A DNA stretch of 64,000 nt from Micropepsaceae bacterium (lineage in GTDB: Bacteria; Pseudomonadota; Alphaproteobacteria; Micropepsales; Micropepsaceae). Of the stretch, positions 1 to 8,738 are shown piece after piece. Position numbers and translations under genes: made by a program. The notes below the pieces were generated by a model. That model worked only from the letters and a program-made list of their open reading frames with translations, searched no databases and was not told the DNA's origin. How positions within the stretch are numbered: position 1 is the stretch's first letter; every line of letters begins with the position of its first letter. The stretch spans positions 4,733,366 to 4,797,365 of the forward strand of contig OZ245761.1 in NCBI GenBank assembly GCA_965227535.1. The letters are read 5' to 3'.

Positions 1-186
1 GGCACCGCGCTCAGCGCCGGCAGCTACGTCGGCAGCGGCGTCTACCTCGGCTTCGTCCAAGGCACCGACACATCAGCGGGCCGCGCCACGGTCGACATCG
101 ACCTCACCGACGACATCAAACTCCGAGGCGAAGCCGGCCCCTCGGGCGACACCCGCCTCGGCGTCGTGGCGGAGTGGGAATACTAG
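1..186 (+). CDS. tamB: TamB (translocation and assembly module) C-terminal fragment; 5' end lies outside the window
   Basis: Frame +1 is open from the window edge to TAG at 184-186. The peptide ...GSYVGSGVYLGFVQGTDTSAGRATVDIDLTDDIKLRGEAGPSGDTRLGVVAEWEY resembles the beta-strand tail of the DUF490/TamB C-terminus. This is recognition from memory, not a search. Confidence 0.55.
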   Translation, partial: GTALSAGSYVGSGVYLGFVQGTDTSAGRATVDIDLTDDIKLRGEAGPSGDTRLGVVAEWEY

Positions 187-187
187 A

Positions 188-1804
188 TTACTTCGCCGCC
201 GGCAGTTTCAACGTCGCGCGCAGACCACCCTCCGCGCGATTGCTCAACACCAACTCGCCGCCGTGCCGTTCGACGATCGCGCGCGCGATGGTGAGGCCCA
301 GGCCGTGGCCGCCGGTTTCGACGCTGCGTGACTCCTCCAATCGCACGAACGGTTTCGTCACGTGGCTCAGCTTGTCGTCGGGAATCCCCGGCCCGTCGTC
401 GTCGACACTAATCTCGACAAACCCGCCGCCGACCGTCATCGACACCCGTGCGCGTTCCCCATAGCGCACGCCGTTCTCGATCAAATTGCGCAGCGCACGG
501 CGCAGCTCGCTCGCACGTCCCTCGACCCGCGCCGGCGGCAGAGTCGCAAACGTGACCGGACTTCCCGTATCCGCAAGATCATCGCACACCGCTTCGATCA
601 GCGAAGGCAGGTCGACCGGCCGCGTCGGCTCGCCGCTCTCGCCGCCGCGCGCGGCTGCAAGCGCCGCTTCCGTCAACCGCTCCATCTCGCTCAACGAGGA
701 CAGCATGCGTCCCTGCAGTTCAGGATCCTTGATCAACTCGGTGCGAATACGCAGCGACGCAATAGGCGTCCGCAAGTCGTGCCCGACCGCCGACAGCAGC
801 GCGCGCTGATCCTCGATCAATCGCCGCAACCGCGCCGCCATCGTATTGAACGCGCTTGCGGCGGCACGTACGTCCTGCGGCCCTTCTTCCGGTGCTAAGA
901 ACAACGCATCGCCGCGTCCCAACCGTTCGGCCGCAGCAGTCAAACCGGCGATCGGCCGCGCCACACGCCCGGCTGCCCACACGGCCGCGAACGCGACCAG
1001 CACGACCGCAAGCACGCCGGTCAAAATCATCGGCCACATCATCGACGGCACCGCCGGAGGCAATGCGGAAACGTTGAGCCACAGCGCCGGCCCCATCGCG
1101 ACGGAGATGTCGAGCCGGTCCGGCGCATTCTCGCGCGTGACGGCGGCGGCCGGCGGAGGCGTCGCGGTGAACACCCAATCCGGTCCGCCGGTGCCCGGGG
1201 CAACAGGCGCGACCGCGACCACAGGCGGAATGGGCGGCACAGGTGGTATCGCCTCCGGCGGTTCGGGCGGCTCTGGCGGTTCCTCCACGTCCGGCTCCGA
1301 CAGATGAGGGTGCTTCATCCTCTTCATGCGGCGGATGCGCTCGACCGCTTCGATCGGGACAACCGTCGGGCCGTTGCCGGTGATGATGATCGTGTGCCGC
1401 CCATCGACCTTCTCTTCGAACTGCTCGAAGCGGAAAGTCTGGAAAGCATCTTCCCATGCCACGCGCACGTCCTCGGGTTCCGTATCCGTGCCGCGCGCCA
1501 GAGCCCGGCTCAAGCGCGCGTTGCGTTGGCCCTCGGCGACCAGAGGCTCACTGCCGAAGCGCACCAGGAACGACGGTCCGCTTGCCGTGTCTTCGATCGT
1601 CTGACGCGTCTTCTCGTCCGCATCCTTGGCGAGGGTGACGATGCCGGCCGTGCGCCTGAACGCCTCCGCCTCGTGCAGCGCCGAACGCAAGAACGTCTGT
1701 TGGCTGGCAAGCAATGCGACCGACGCCAGCTGCGAAACGATCAGCGCGCCGAGCACGATCAGCACGAACCACCCGCGAACGGTGCGTGGCGAGAACCAAC
1801 TCAT
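188..1804 (-). CDS. Sensor histidine kinase (HAMP-HisKA-HATPase_c) with a proline-rich periplasmic loop
   Basis: H-box AVGHDLRTPIASL, N-box NLIENGVRYG, G1 DDDGPGIP, G2 GGHGLGLTIA. Two TM segments flank a periplasmic region containing EEPPEPPEPPEAIPPVPPIPP. Start reset to MSWFSP, where ATGA overlaps the stop of the upstream response regulator at 1801-1804. Confidence 0.9.
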   Translation of the reverse strand: MSWFSPRTVRGWFVLIVLGALIVSQLASVALLASQQTFLRSALHEAEAFRRTAGIVTLAKDADEKTRQTIEDTASGPSFLVRFGSEPLVAEGQRNARLSRALARGTDTEPEDVRVAWEDAFQTFRFEQFEEKVDGRHTIIITGNGPTVVPIEAVERIRRMKRMKHPHLSEPDVEEPPEPPEPPEAIPPVPPIPPVVAVAPVAPGTGGPDWVFTATPPPAAAVTRENAPDRLDISVAMGPALWLNVSALPPAVPSMMWPMILTGVLAVVLVAFAAVWAAGRVARPIAGLTAAAERLGRGDALFLAPEEGPQDVRAAASAFNTMAARLRRLIEDQRALLSAVGHDLRTPIASLRIRTELIKDPELQGRMLSSLSEMERLTEAALAAARGGESGEPTRPVDLPSLIEAVCDDLADTGSPVTFATLPPARVEGRASELRRALRNLIENGVRYGERARVSMTVGGGFVEISVDDDGPGIPDDKLSHVTKPFVRLEESRSVETGGHGLGLTIARAIVERHGGELVLSNRAEGGLRATLKLPAAK

Positions 1805-2526
1805 GCGTGCTCCACCAAACTCGCGAACAAATACCCGGCGCCCCACGCCGTCTTGATCAGCTTCGGATTGCGCGGATCGTCTTCCAGCTTGCGGCGCAAC
1901 CGGCTGATCTGCGTATCGACGCTGCGGTCGAACACCTCATCCGCGCCACGCCCTTTAATGCGGTCGAGCAACTGGTCGCGCGTCAGCACCACATTCGGAT
2001 GCTCCAGAAACGTGGCCAGCAACGCATACTCCGTCGAACTCAACGACACGACGACGCCGTCGCGCCCGACCACTTGCCGCTCGGGCCCGTGCAGCACCCA
2101 CGCGCCGAAGCGCACGCGGTTGCCCGTCTTCGGCCGCTGCCCCGGCGGCAACTCGTTCGTCCGCCGCAGCACCGCATGAATACGCGCCAGCAACTCGCGC
2201 GGACTGAACGGCTTCGTCACATAGTCATCCGCGCCAACCTCAAGCCCTACGATGCGGTCGAGCTCCTCCGTCCGTGCGCTGAGGAAAATCACCGGCGTCC
2301 CACGATGCTCGCGCACGCTGCGGCACAAACTCAAACCGTCTTCGCCCGGCATCATGATGTCGAGCACCACAAGATCGATCTCGCGCTGGCTCAGAACGCG
2401 CCGCGCCGACGCGGCCGACTCCGCCATCGTCACCTTCAACCCGTTGTCCTGCAGATAGCGCGACAGCGCGTCGCGAATATCGCGATGATCATCAACGATC
2501 AGAACGTGCGGCGACGCTTCAACCAT
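1801..2526 (-). CDS. OmpR-family response regulator (receiver plus winged-helix DNA-binding domain)
   Basis: The N-terminus HVLIVDDHRDIRDAL...LVVLDIMMPGEDG is a typical receiver domain. The C-terminus ...VFDRSVDTQISRLRRKLE...IKTAWGAGY is a Trans_reg_C-type domain. Translationally coupled to the kinase. Confidence 0.95.
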   Translation of the reverse strand: MVEASPHVLIVDDHRDIRDALSRYLQDNGLKVTMAESAASARRVLSQREIDLVVLDIMMPGEDGLSLCRSVREHRGTPVIFLSARTEELDRIVGLEVGADDYVTKPFSPRELLARIHAVLRRTNELPPGQRPKTGNRVRFGAWVLHGPERQVVGRDGVVVSLSSTEYALLATFLEHPNVVLTRDQLLDRIKGRGADEVFDRSVDTQISRLRRKLEDDPRNPKLIKTAWGAGYLFASLVEHA

Positions 2527-2717
2527 GAGCCCTCGACGCCGATATTAGATCCGTCGCGGGCAGGGCGAAGGTGAAGTGAATGTAATGTGTGCCAAAGTTT
2601 GTCGCTCCCCGGTGGTTGAAGCATTGCGCCACGATCGCTCCGCGTACAGACAAATCCGCGTGACACGCCGGACCGACTGTGCGGCCGCGATCAGAGAGAG
2701 ATCGAGGGAGCTAAGTC

Positions 2718-3218
2718 ATGAGTTTGCGAGTGGTGGCGCTGTTGACCGGCGCAGCGTTGGTGCTGGCCGGGCCGGCAACGGCGGGCGAGAAGCACAAACA
2801 TAAACACAAAGAGGTCGAGCGCACGTGCGTTTGCACCATGGGCCACGGTCCTGCCATGGCGCCGATGGCGCCCATGGCCGCGATCCCGGCAGTCCCGCCG
2901 GTTCCGCCCGTGCCGCACATGGCGTTTCAGATGCACAAGGGTCATCCCGGCGGCCCCAACGTCATGGTCTTCCGCGACGACGGCGATGAGCGCGTGGTGA
3001 TCGTGCGCAAGCACAAACGCTTCCGCGACAGCGCCGATGAGAACAACGACGGCCAAGTCTCGCGCCGCGAATTCATGCGCCGCGCCGAGGAGCACTTCAA
3101 AGAACGCGACCGCGACGGCGACGGCAAACTCGACCCCGACGAAGCGATGTCCTTTGAAATGCCCGAACCGCCCGAACCGCCCGAGGCCCCAGAACCGCCG
3201 GACCCCGAAGACGAGTAA
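2718..3218 (+). CDS. Secreted EF-hand calcium-binding protein with proline-rich segments
   Basis: Signal peptide MSLRVVALLTGAALVLAGPATAG. Two canonical 12-residue EF loops, DENNDGQVSRRE and DRDGDGKLDPDE. His/Lys-rich HKHKHKE stretch and C-terminal PEPPEPPEAPEPPDPEDE. Divergent from the two-component operon. Confidence 0.8.
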   Translation: MSLRVVALLTGAALVLAGPATAGEKHKHKHKEVERTCVCTMGHGPAMAPMAPMAAIPAVPPVPPVPHMAFQMHKGHPGGPNVMVFRDDGDERVVIVRKHKRFRDSADENNDGQVSRREFMRRAEEHFKERDRDGDGKLDPDEAMSFEMPEPPEPPEAPEPPDPEDE

Positions 3219-3226
3219 GACAAAAC

Positions 3227-3268
3227 CTGTCATCCCGGCCACGCCGGGATGACAGCTCAAGGTTTTTT
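3227..3268. terminator. Rho-independent terminator between convergent genes
   Basis: Perfect 12-bp stem ctgtcatcccgg (3227-3238) / ccgggatgacag (3244-3255) with loop ccacg, followed by ctcaaggTTTTTT. It sits between the stop at 3216-3218 (+) and the stop at 3269-3271 (-). Confidence 0.7.
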
Positions 3269-4972
3269 CTATTTCTTCGCGGCTGTCGGTGCGCCCGGCG
3301 CGATCACCGGCGGCGCAGGGGGGCGCGGCACGCCGCCCTGGCTGATCATCGTGACGAAGTAACCGCGCGCGTCGATATCGGGCGGCGCGTCGACACCGCG
3401 ACCCGGTCCCGGACCTTGCTTCAAGTCGGCAAGCGAGAAATCCATCCGCGCGTCATAGGTGCGATCGATCTGATTGCGCAGATACTGCTCGGCCTCGTAC
3501 CACTCGGTCTTCACCGCGTCGTCGGCGCAGGTCATCGCTTCCGCAGGCTGCGTCGCCCCCCAACGCCGCTCGATGCAGTGATAGGGATCGAACGACAACT
3601 GGAACATGCGCCGCCGCACTTCTTCATAGCTCAACTGCACCGGCGTCCCATTCGACCGCAGATACGTGATCACGCACGCATTGGCCTCTTGGTCGTAGGC
3701 CAACAGCAAATCGGTGAGCAAATTCGTGCCCTGGTAGTGCACGCGCTTGTCCCCTATCGCGTGCCACTCGACGAAGCGCTGCACCTGATCGCGCAATTCC
3801 TTGAACGATGCCTTCAACCGCGCATCGCGCGAGGGCGTCGAAAATTCCTCCCACTCGCCCTCGGTCCCATAGATATTCTGCGGCAACCGCGACGGCTGGG
3901 CCTTCATGTGAATGCGGTTCTGGATCGCAAGATCGACGGCCTCGGCGCGATAGCGAATGTCGTCGCAGTTCGCCCGGATCATATTGCGAACCTCGGCCAA
4001 CGGCTCAAAGGCCAACGATCCGCCGCCCATCATCGCGCGGACATAGTCGTAGTAATCGACGTTCTGTCCTTCGAGCACGAAGGGGCCGCTCGACCACTGC
4101 CTGTCCTCTTCGGTGCGCGCGACATTGCCGAAGAACTGCTCGACCGAATAATCGGGCAGGTCAGCGTTCTTCGCGAACGTCACGCGCCCACCGACCAGCA
4201 AACCATCCGGCGTCCGTACTGCGCCTTCAAGCTTCAACGGCCGCCAGTTCTTGAACCCCGCGCCCATGCCCGGCGATGAACGCACGAACTTGCGCCCATA
4301 CGTCCCACGCGTCAGCGAATTGTCCGGATGCGCGTCCATAAACAAGATGCGCCCGTCGCTCTCAACGTCATAGACAACAGCGACGTGCCCGTTCGGATCA
4401 TAGAGAACCGATCCCGGCTTGATCGACTTGCGGTCGATGCGCGTCGGATAGAGGTCGGTGCCTTCCATGTCCGGATGCAGCCGGTACATCGCCGACGAAA
4501 TCGTATCGCGCAAATCTCTCAGCAGGGCGGCGCCGCTTGTCGAACCCGTAAGAATATCGCGCCGGCTGGCGATATCGTTTCCGCGCGTCGTATAGCGGAT
4601 GTCGCGCGTGCTGCCCTTCGGGCTCACCGCGTTGATGTAGGAGAACGGCAAACCGCGCTTCCACGCGTAATAGCCGCGCAAGAAATAGGGCAGGTCGGCG
4701 CAATCCGCGCGCCAGAACGACCCCGGCGGATCGGACCGCCCGAACGGGTTCGCGGGATTCTTCAGACACTGATCGATCGTCCGGCAGTTGGCGCGGCCCA
4801 GCCCCTTGATGAATTCGGAATACCCGCGCTCGTCCGCGTCCGACCACGCCTCACGCAGCACACGAATGCTGCCCGTCGGCGCGCTGATATCCTGCGCCGC
4901 GGCTGCGCCGGTCAGCGCCAGCCCAAGCGCAATCCAGCAACCGGCCAGAAATCCCACCCCAAAGCGGCGCAA
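3269..4972 (-). CDS. Large secreted protein of unknown function, possibly with an NlpC/P60-like (papain-fold) N-terminal domain
   Basis: Long ORF with protein-like composition. I prefer the TTG start at 4972 (GGGGGA 8 nt upstream), which gives signal peptide M/LRRFGVGFLAGCWIALGLALTGAAAAQD; the track start is 5038. RADCADLPYFLRGYYAWKRGLPF and PGSVLYDPNGHVAVVYDV...ILFMDAHPD loosely resemble the Cys and His blocks of NlpC/P60. The function call is weak. Confidence 0.6.
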   Translation of the reverse strand: MRRFGVGFLAGCWIALGLALTGAAAAQDISAPTGSIRVLREAWSDADERGYSEFIKGLGRANCRTIDQCLKNPANPFGRSDPPGSFWRADCADLPYFLRGYYAWKRGLPFSYINAVSPKGSTRDIRYTTRGNDIASRRDILTGSTSGAALLRDLRDTISSAMYRLHPDMEGTDLYPTRIDRKSIKPGSVLYDPNGHVAVVYDVESDGRILFMDAHPDNSLTRGTYGRKFVRSSPGMGAGFKNWRPLKLEGAVRTPDGLLVGGRVTFAKNADLPDYSVEQFFGNVARTEEDRQWSSGPFVLEGQNVDYYDYVRAMMGGGSLAFEPLAEVRNMIRANCDDIRYRAEAVDLAIQNRIHMKAQPSRLPQNIYGTEGEWEEFSTPSRDARLKASFKELRDQVQRFVEWHAIGDKRVHYQGTNLLTDLLLAYDQEANACVITYLRSNGTPVQLSYEEVRRRMFQLSFDPYHCIERRWGATQPAEAMTCADDAVKTEWYEAEQYLRNQIDRTYDARMDFSLADLKQGPGPGRGVDAPPDIDARGYFVTMISQGGVPRPPAPPVIAPGAPTAAKK

Positions 4973-5141
4973 GCTAATAGTCCCCCGTTGCGCACCGTTT
5001 TTCTTTTCGACGCTGAGCGAGCGGGCAGGTCGCGTCAACCGCCGGGTGAATTCCCCAAGCCTGATCTCGGCTTAGGGTGGCCAACCGGCCACGTTTTCGT
5101 GACGTCAACGGTTTGCCCGTAGTATTAACCCTTTGCGGCGC

Positions 5142-5169
5142 TTGACTAGTATGAGCTTGTCACTATATG
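5142..5169 (+). promoter_or_regulatory. Candidate sigma70-type promoter for the padR-HAAS operon
   Basis: TTGACT (5142-5147), 16-nt spacer, TATATG (5164-5169), about 70 nt upstream of the GTG start at 5238. Pattern match only. Confidence 0.3.
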
Positions 5170-5237
5170 CCTCTCCATGATACCGCAACCAGTCAGTCTC
5201 CGAGTTTGTCGCGCTTGCGACTGACCGGGAGGGCGCA

Positions 5238-5609
5238 GTGACTTCCGCCGACACGCACCTAAAGAAGTTCCGCAAGGAGCTGCATAGCGGCATCGCCGCG
5301 ATGGTGCTGCTGGCACTCCTGGAGAGGACGGGGGGGGAAATGTACGGCTACCAGATCGCCAAAGAAATCGGCGCGAAAGCCGGCGGCGATTCCTTCTTGA
5401 AGCAAGGCGCGATCTATCCCGTTCTACGCTCGCTGCATGCGGCGGGCCTTCTCGAAAGCCGCGTTGAAGTTTCGATGTCGGGGCCGCCCCGGCGTTACTA
5501 CGCCATCTCGACCAGCGGCCGCGAGGCGCTGCAGGCGTGGCGCGGTGTGTGGGTCGACTTGCGTGAATTCGTCGATGCACTGATTGGCCCGGGAGGCGCG
5601 AATGGCTGA
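5238..5609 (+). CDS. PadR-family transcriptional regulator
   Basis: YGYQIAKEI...GAIYPVLRSLHAAGLLESR...PRRYYAISTSGREAL is the PadR winged-helix signature. GTG start is preceded by GGGAGGG. Confidence 0.9.
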   Translation: MTSADTHLKKFRKELHSGIAAMVLLALLERTGGEMYGYQIAKEIGAKAGGDSFLKQGAIYPVLRSLHAAGLLESRVEVSMSGPPRRYYAISTSGREALQAWRGVWVDLREFVDALIGPGGANG

Positions 5610-6519
5610 CGTCAACACGGCGGCTGCCCCCGCAAGCATCAAAGCATATCTCGACGCGCTGAAGTTGTGCCTGAAGGGCCAGCCACCCGCGCTGATCCAA
5701 GACGCGCTCGCGGACGCAGAGGAATACCTCCGCGCCGAGCACGCCCAGACCCCCGAAGAATCGGAAGCGCAAGTTCTTGCGCGCATCGTCGAAACCTACG
5801 GAACGCCACAGGAAGTGGCCGAGGAGTACATCGCCATGGATGACGCCATCAAAAGCCCATTCCCCGCCCGCGCGGACGAAGACGAAGCGGTCGACAAGGG
5901 TCCGGGTCTATTCGGCGTCCTTGTTGATCCGCGCGCTTACGGTGCGTTGATCTACATGCTGCTGTCGCTGGCGACCGGCATCTTCTACTTCACCTGGGCC
6001 GTGACGGGCGTGAGCCTGACGCTGGGCCTTGCGATCCTTATCATCGGCATTCCGTTCGCACTGCTCTTCATCGGCTCGATCCGCGTCATCAGCTGGGTCG
6101 AGGGCAGGGTGGTTGAAGCCTTGCTCGGCGTGCGCATGCCGCGACGCCTGCCGACTCAGGAAACCGGCGGCACGGTGTGGCAGCGCATTAAGCGTATGTT
6201 GGCGGACGGCCGCACGTGGAGCTCGTTGATCTATATGCTCCTGCAACTCCCGCTCGGCGTCACTTACTTCACCGTCGCCGTCGTGCTGGGTGTGACCTCA
6301 GGCTCGGTCATCGCGGGCGGCTTCTACGAACTCGCGACCGGCAAGAACGTCGTGCGCCTCGACAACTATCCCGAACTCGACGCGTTGCTGAACACACCGC
6401 ACGGCTTAGTTCTGGTGGTCATTGCCGGCCTCATCGGTATCCTGTTCACCCTGCACCTCGCCCGCGTGATCGGCTTCATCCACGGCAAGATCGCCGAAGC
6501 GCTCCTCGTGCGCGCCTAA
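5602..6519 (+). CDS. PadR-associated membrane protein: N-terminal HAAS/DUF1700-like helical domain plus a duplicated polytopic sensor-like membrane domain
   Basis: The ATG at 5602 overlaps the padR stop. The N-terminus IKAYLDALKLCLKGQPPALIQDALADAEEYLRAEH...YGTPQEVAEEY resembles DUF1700/HAAS. Two internal repeats: GALIYMLLSLATGIFYFTWAVTGVSL...VEGRVVEALLG and WSSLIYMLLQLPLGVTYFTVAVVLGV...IHGKIAEALLV. Confidence 0.8.
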   Translation: MADVNTAAAPASIKAYLDALKLCLKGQPPALIQDALADAEEYLRAEHAQTPEESEAQVLARIVETYGTPQEVAEEYIAMDDAIKSPFPARADEDEAVDKGPGLFGVLVDPRAYGALIYMLLSLATGIFYFTWAVTGVSLTLGLAILIIGIPFALLFIGSIRVISWVEGRVVEALLGVRMPRRLPTQETGGTVWQRIKRMLADGRTWSSLIYMLLQLPLGVTYFTVAVVLGVTSGSVIAGGFYELATGKNVVRLDNYPELDALLNTPHGLVLVVIAGLIGILFTLHLARVIGFIHGKIAEALLVRA

Positions 6520-6546
6520 ACCAAGGGAACAATTTCCCAAAGTTCC

Positions 6547-6578
6547 AAGGGGCCGCGTTTGCGGCCCCTTTTTCTTTG
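6547..6578 (+). terminator. Rho-independent terminator
   Basis: Stem aaggggccgc (6547-6556), loop gttt, stem gcggcccctt (6561-6570), running into a T-rich tail ttttctttg. Confidence 0.7.
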
Positions 6579-6625
6579 CCGCGAAATCCGCTCAAAGTCC
6601 CTCCCGATAACCCGAGTAGGACCAA

Positions 6626-7420
6626 ATGGCGAAGAACAAGGACAAGACGCAGAACGGCAAAATCTCCGACAAGGAATACGAGGCGCTGCTCTACGACCTT
6701 CAGGTCCAACTCGTGAAGTTCCAGCGCGACCTGATCGCCAACGGCCGCAAGGTTGCCGTGGTGGTCGAAGGCCGCGACGGCGCCGGCAAAGACGGCACGA
6801 TCAAGCGCATCATCGAACACATGAGCCCGCGCGAAACACGCGTCGTCGCATTGGGCAAGCCCAGCGACCGCGACCGCACGTCCTGGTACTTCCAGCGTTA
6901 CGCACCCTATCTGCCCGCGGGCGGCGAGTTCGTGCTCTTCAACCGCTCTTGGTACAACCGCGCCGGCGTCGAGCGCGTGATGGGATTCTGCGACGACACC
7001 GAATACAAAGCCTTCCTGCAGGAGGCTCCGCAATTCGAGTCGATGCTGGTGCGCTCCGACATAAAGCTCGTGAAATACTATCTCGACATCTCGAAAGCCG
7101 AGCAGAAGGAACGTCTCGCCGACCGCCGCGCCGATCCTTTGAAGCAGTGGAAGATCAGCCCCATCGACGCCGCCGCGATCAAGAAATGGGACGCCTATTC
7201 CGAAGCCCGCGACGCGATGCTGATGCACACGACCCACCACGACGCGCCCTGGCACATTGTGCACGCCGACGTGAAGAAGGTCGCCCGCCTCAACGTCATC
7301 CGCCACTTGTTGGGCAGCCTCGACTACAAAGGCAAGGACGAGAAGCTGCTGAAAGTCGATCCGGCGATCGTCTTTCCTTTCACCGAAAAGGCTCTCACCC
7401 AAGGCCTCCTCGCACACTGA
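6626..7420 (+). CDS. ppk2: Polyphosphate kinase 2 (PPK2 family)
   Basis: GRDGAGKDGTIKRIIEHMSPRETRVVALGKPSDRDRTSWYFQRYAPYLPAGGEFVLFNRSWYNRAGVERVMGF carries the PPK2 Walker A and lid motifs. Confidence 0.9.
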   Translation: MAKNKDKTQNGKISDKEYEALLYDLQVQLVKFQRDLIANGRKVAVVVEGRDGAGKDGTIKRIIEHMSPRETRVVALGKPSDRDRTSWYFQRYAPYLPAGGEFVLFNRSWYNRAGVERVMGFCDDTEYKAFLQEAPQFESMLVRSDIKLVKYYLDISKAEQKERLADRRADPLKQWKISPIDAAAIKKWDAYSEARDAMLMHTTHHDAPWHIVHADVKKVARLNVIRHLLGSLDYKGKDEKLLKVDPAIVFPFTEKALTQGLLAH

Positions 7421-7424
7421 AGCG

Positions 7425-8510
7425 TCAGGGGATTGGCTTCATCGTGTAGGACTCGCGCGCCGGCTTGGGCGCGTCGGCCGGCTTCGCGTCTTGCGCAGCC
7501 TTCGTTGGCTCGGCGGGCTTCTCCGGCGGCGGCGTAGCCGCTATGTCGGGCGCACCTTGAACGTCGGTGGTGGCCGGCGTCTGCCTCTGCGCGGCAGGCG
7601 GCGGTATCTGAGCGACAGGCGCCACAGGCGCGGGCGGCGCGATGGTGGGCGCCGTCTGCGGCGGCATCACGCGCGCTGGTTCGAACGCGCCCGCAGCGCG
7701 CATCTGCGGCGGTGGAATGCCCTGCGAGGTCATGCGCGCGGTGACGCCGGAATCGATCGTCATCGCCTGCGTCATGTCGGTCTGCCCGCTCAGCGTATCG
7801 CCGCTATAGACCTTGGCGACGCCGCGCCCATAGATCGCCTCGACGCTCGCCGTCGAAATCGAAATCGCGGCCGAATAGTCGGCGATCGCATTCGCCCACT
7901 GGTGCGCCCTCACATAGGCGTGCCCCCGCTGCGTCAGCGCCGTCACGTGATCGGGCTTGATCTCGATCGCGCGCGAAAGATCGCGAAGCGACTCCTCGTA
8001 TTTGCCGACCGAAGCCAGCGCGATCCCGCGCCCCGTAAGTGCATCCGCGTCGCCCGGCGTCAGCGCCAGCACGGCCGTGAAGTCGGTGATCGCCGACGGC
8101 GTGTTGCCGCTGATGCGATGCGCAACGGCGCGGTTGAACAACGCCGGCGCATAGTCCGGCCTCAACTTGAGAGCATCGCTGTAATCGCTGATCGCACGTC
8201 CGAAGTCGTTCTTGGCGATGAAAGCGTTGCCGCGATTGTAGAACGCCGTCGACTTGGCCTCTTTCGTCTGACGCTGCTTGAGCAGCGCGGTGCAGCCGCG
8301 GATCTGATCGTCGGCGGTGACCATCATCCCGCCGTTGCACAATGTGTTGCTGTCGCGCTTGTCGTTCGGCGTCGGGTCAGTCGACAAAGGCATTTCGGCG
8401 GAGGTCGCCGTGCTCTTCGCGCGATAGCGTTTGCGCTTGGCGGCGTCCGCATCGGCCGCCACAAAAGCAAAAAGGGCCGCAATTGCGACCAACACGAACA
8501 GGCGTTTCAT
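7425..8510 (-). CDS. Secreted tetratricopeptide-repeat protein with a proline-rich C-terminal tail
   Basis: Start reset to MKRLFVLVAIAALFAFVAADA (signal peptide; GGGGGA upstream). Repeated AxxxYxxAlxlxP TPR units (NRGNAFIAKNDFGRAISDYSDALKLRPDYA and others). Pro/Ala-rich tail. Confidence 0.8.
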   Translation of the reverse strand: MKRLFVLVAIAALFAFVAADADAAKRKRYRAKSTATSAEMPLSTDPTPNDKRDSNTLCNGGMMVTADDQIRGCTALLKQRQTKEAKSTAFYNRGNAFIAKNDFGRAISDYSDALKLRPDYAPALFNRAVAHRISGNTPSAITDFTAVLALTPGDADALTGRGIALASVGKYEESLRDLSRAIEIKPDHVTALTQRGHAYVRAHQWANAIADYSAAISISTASVEAIYGRGVAKVYSGDTLSGQTDMTQAMTIDSGVTARMTSQGIPPPQMRAAGAFEPARVMPPQTAPTIAPPAPVAPVAQIPPPAAQRQTPATTDVQGAPDIAATPPPEKPAEPTKAAQDAKPADAPKPARESYTMKPIP

Positions 8511-8738
8511 GGCGGTATCCCCCGAGACCCCCATTGCCGCAGGACGCGCGCGCAAAATCAAGGGGGCAGGGATCACAAAGAAGCCGCCGCAAGCGACGCC
8601 CAGGGGTCCAGTCCGGGCGCCGCTGCGGGGCTGGCCCTTGGCCACCGCACGCTTCTCGCGTGCGGCGCCGTTGGCAGCCTTCGTTCCGCCGATGAAACCT
8701 GGCGTCTGCGACGGCCGCCTTGATGTGGATCAACACGG

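Noticed and set aside
1200-3200. Treating the shared PEPPEPPE / PPVPP motifs of the kinase and the EF-hand protein as evidence of recent gene conversion or domain transfer.
   Set aside because: Pro-rich linkers with similar codons recur in several unrelated proteins in this window (7425-8510, 25333-26394, 36596-37468, 41664-42833). Compositional convergence is the simpler explanation. The observation is kept only as a low-weight finding.
8511-8738. ORFs in the 228-bp gap between the TPR gene start and the VOC gene stop (for example 8431-8742 +, 8377-8769 -).
   Set aside because: Short, Arg/Pro-rich, no RBS and no family resemblance. Most likely the promoter/leader of the TPR gene.
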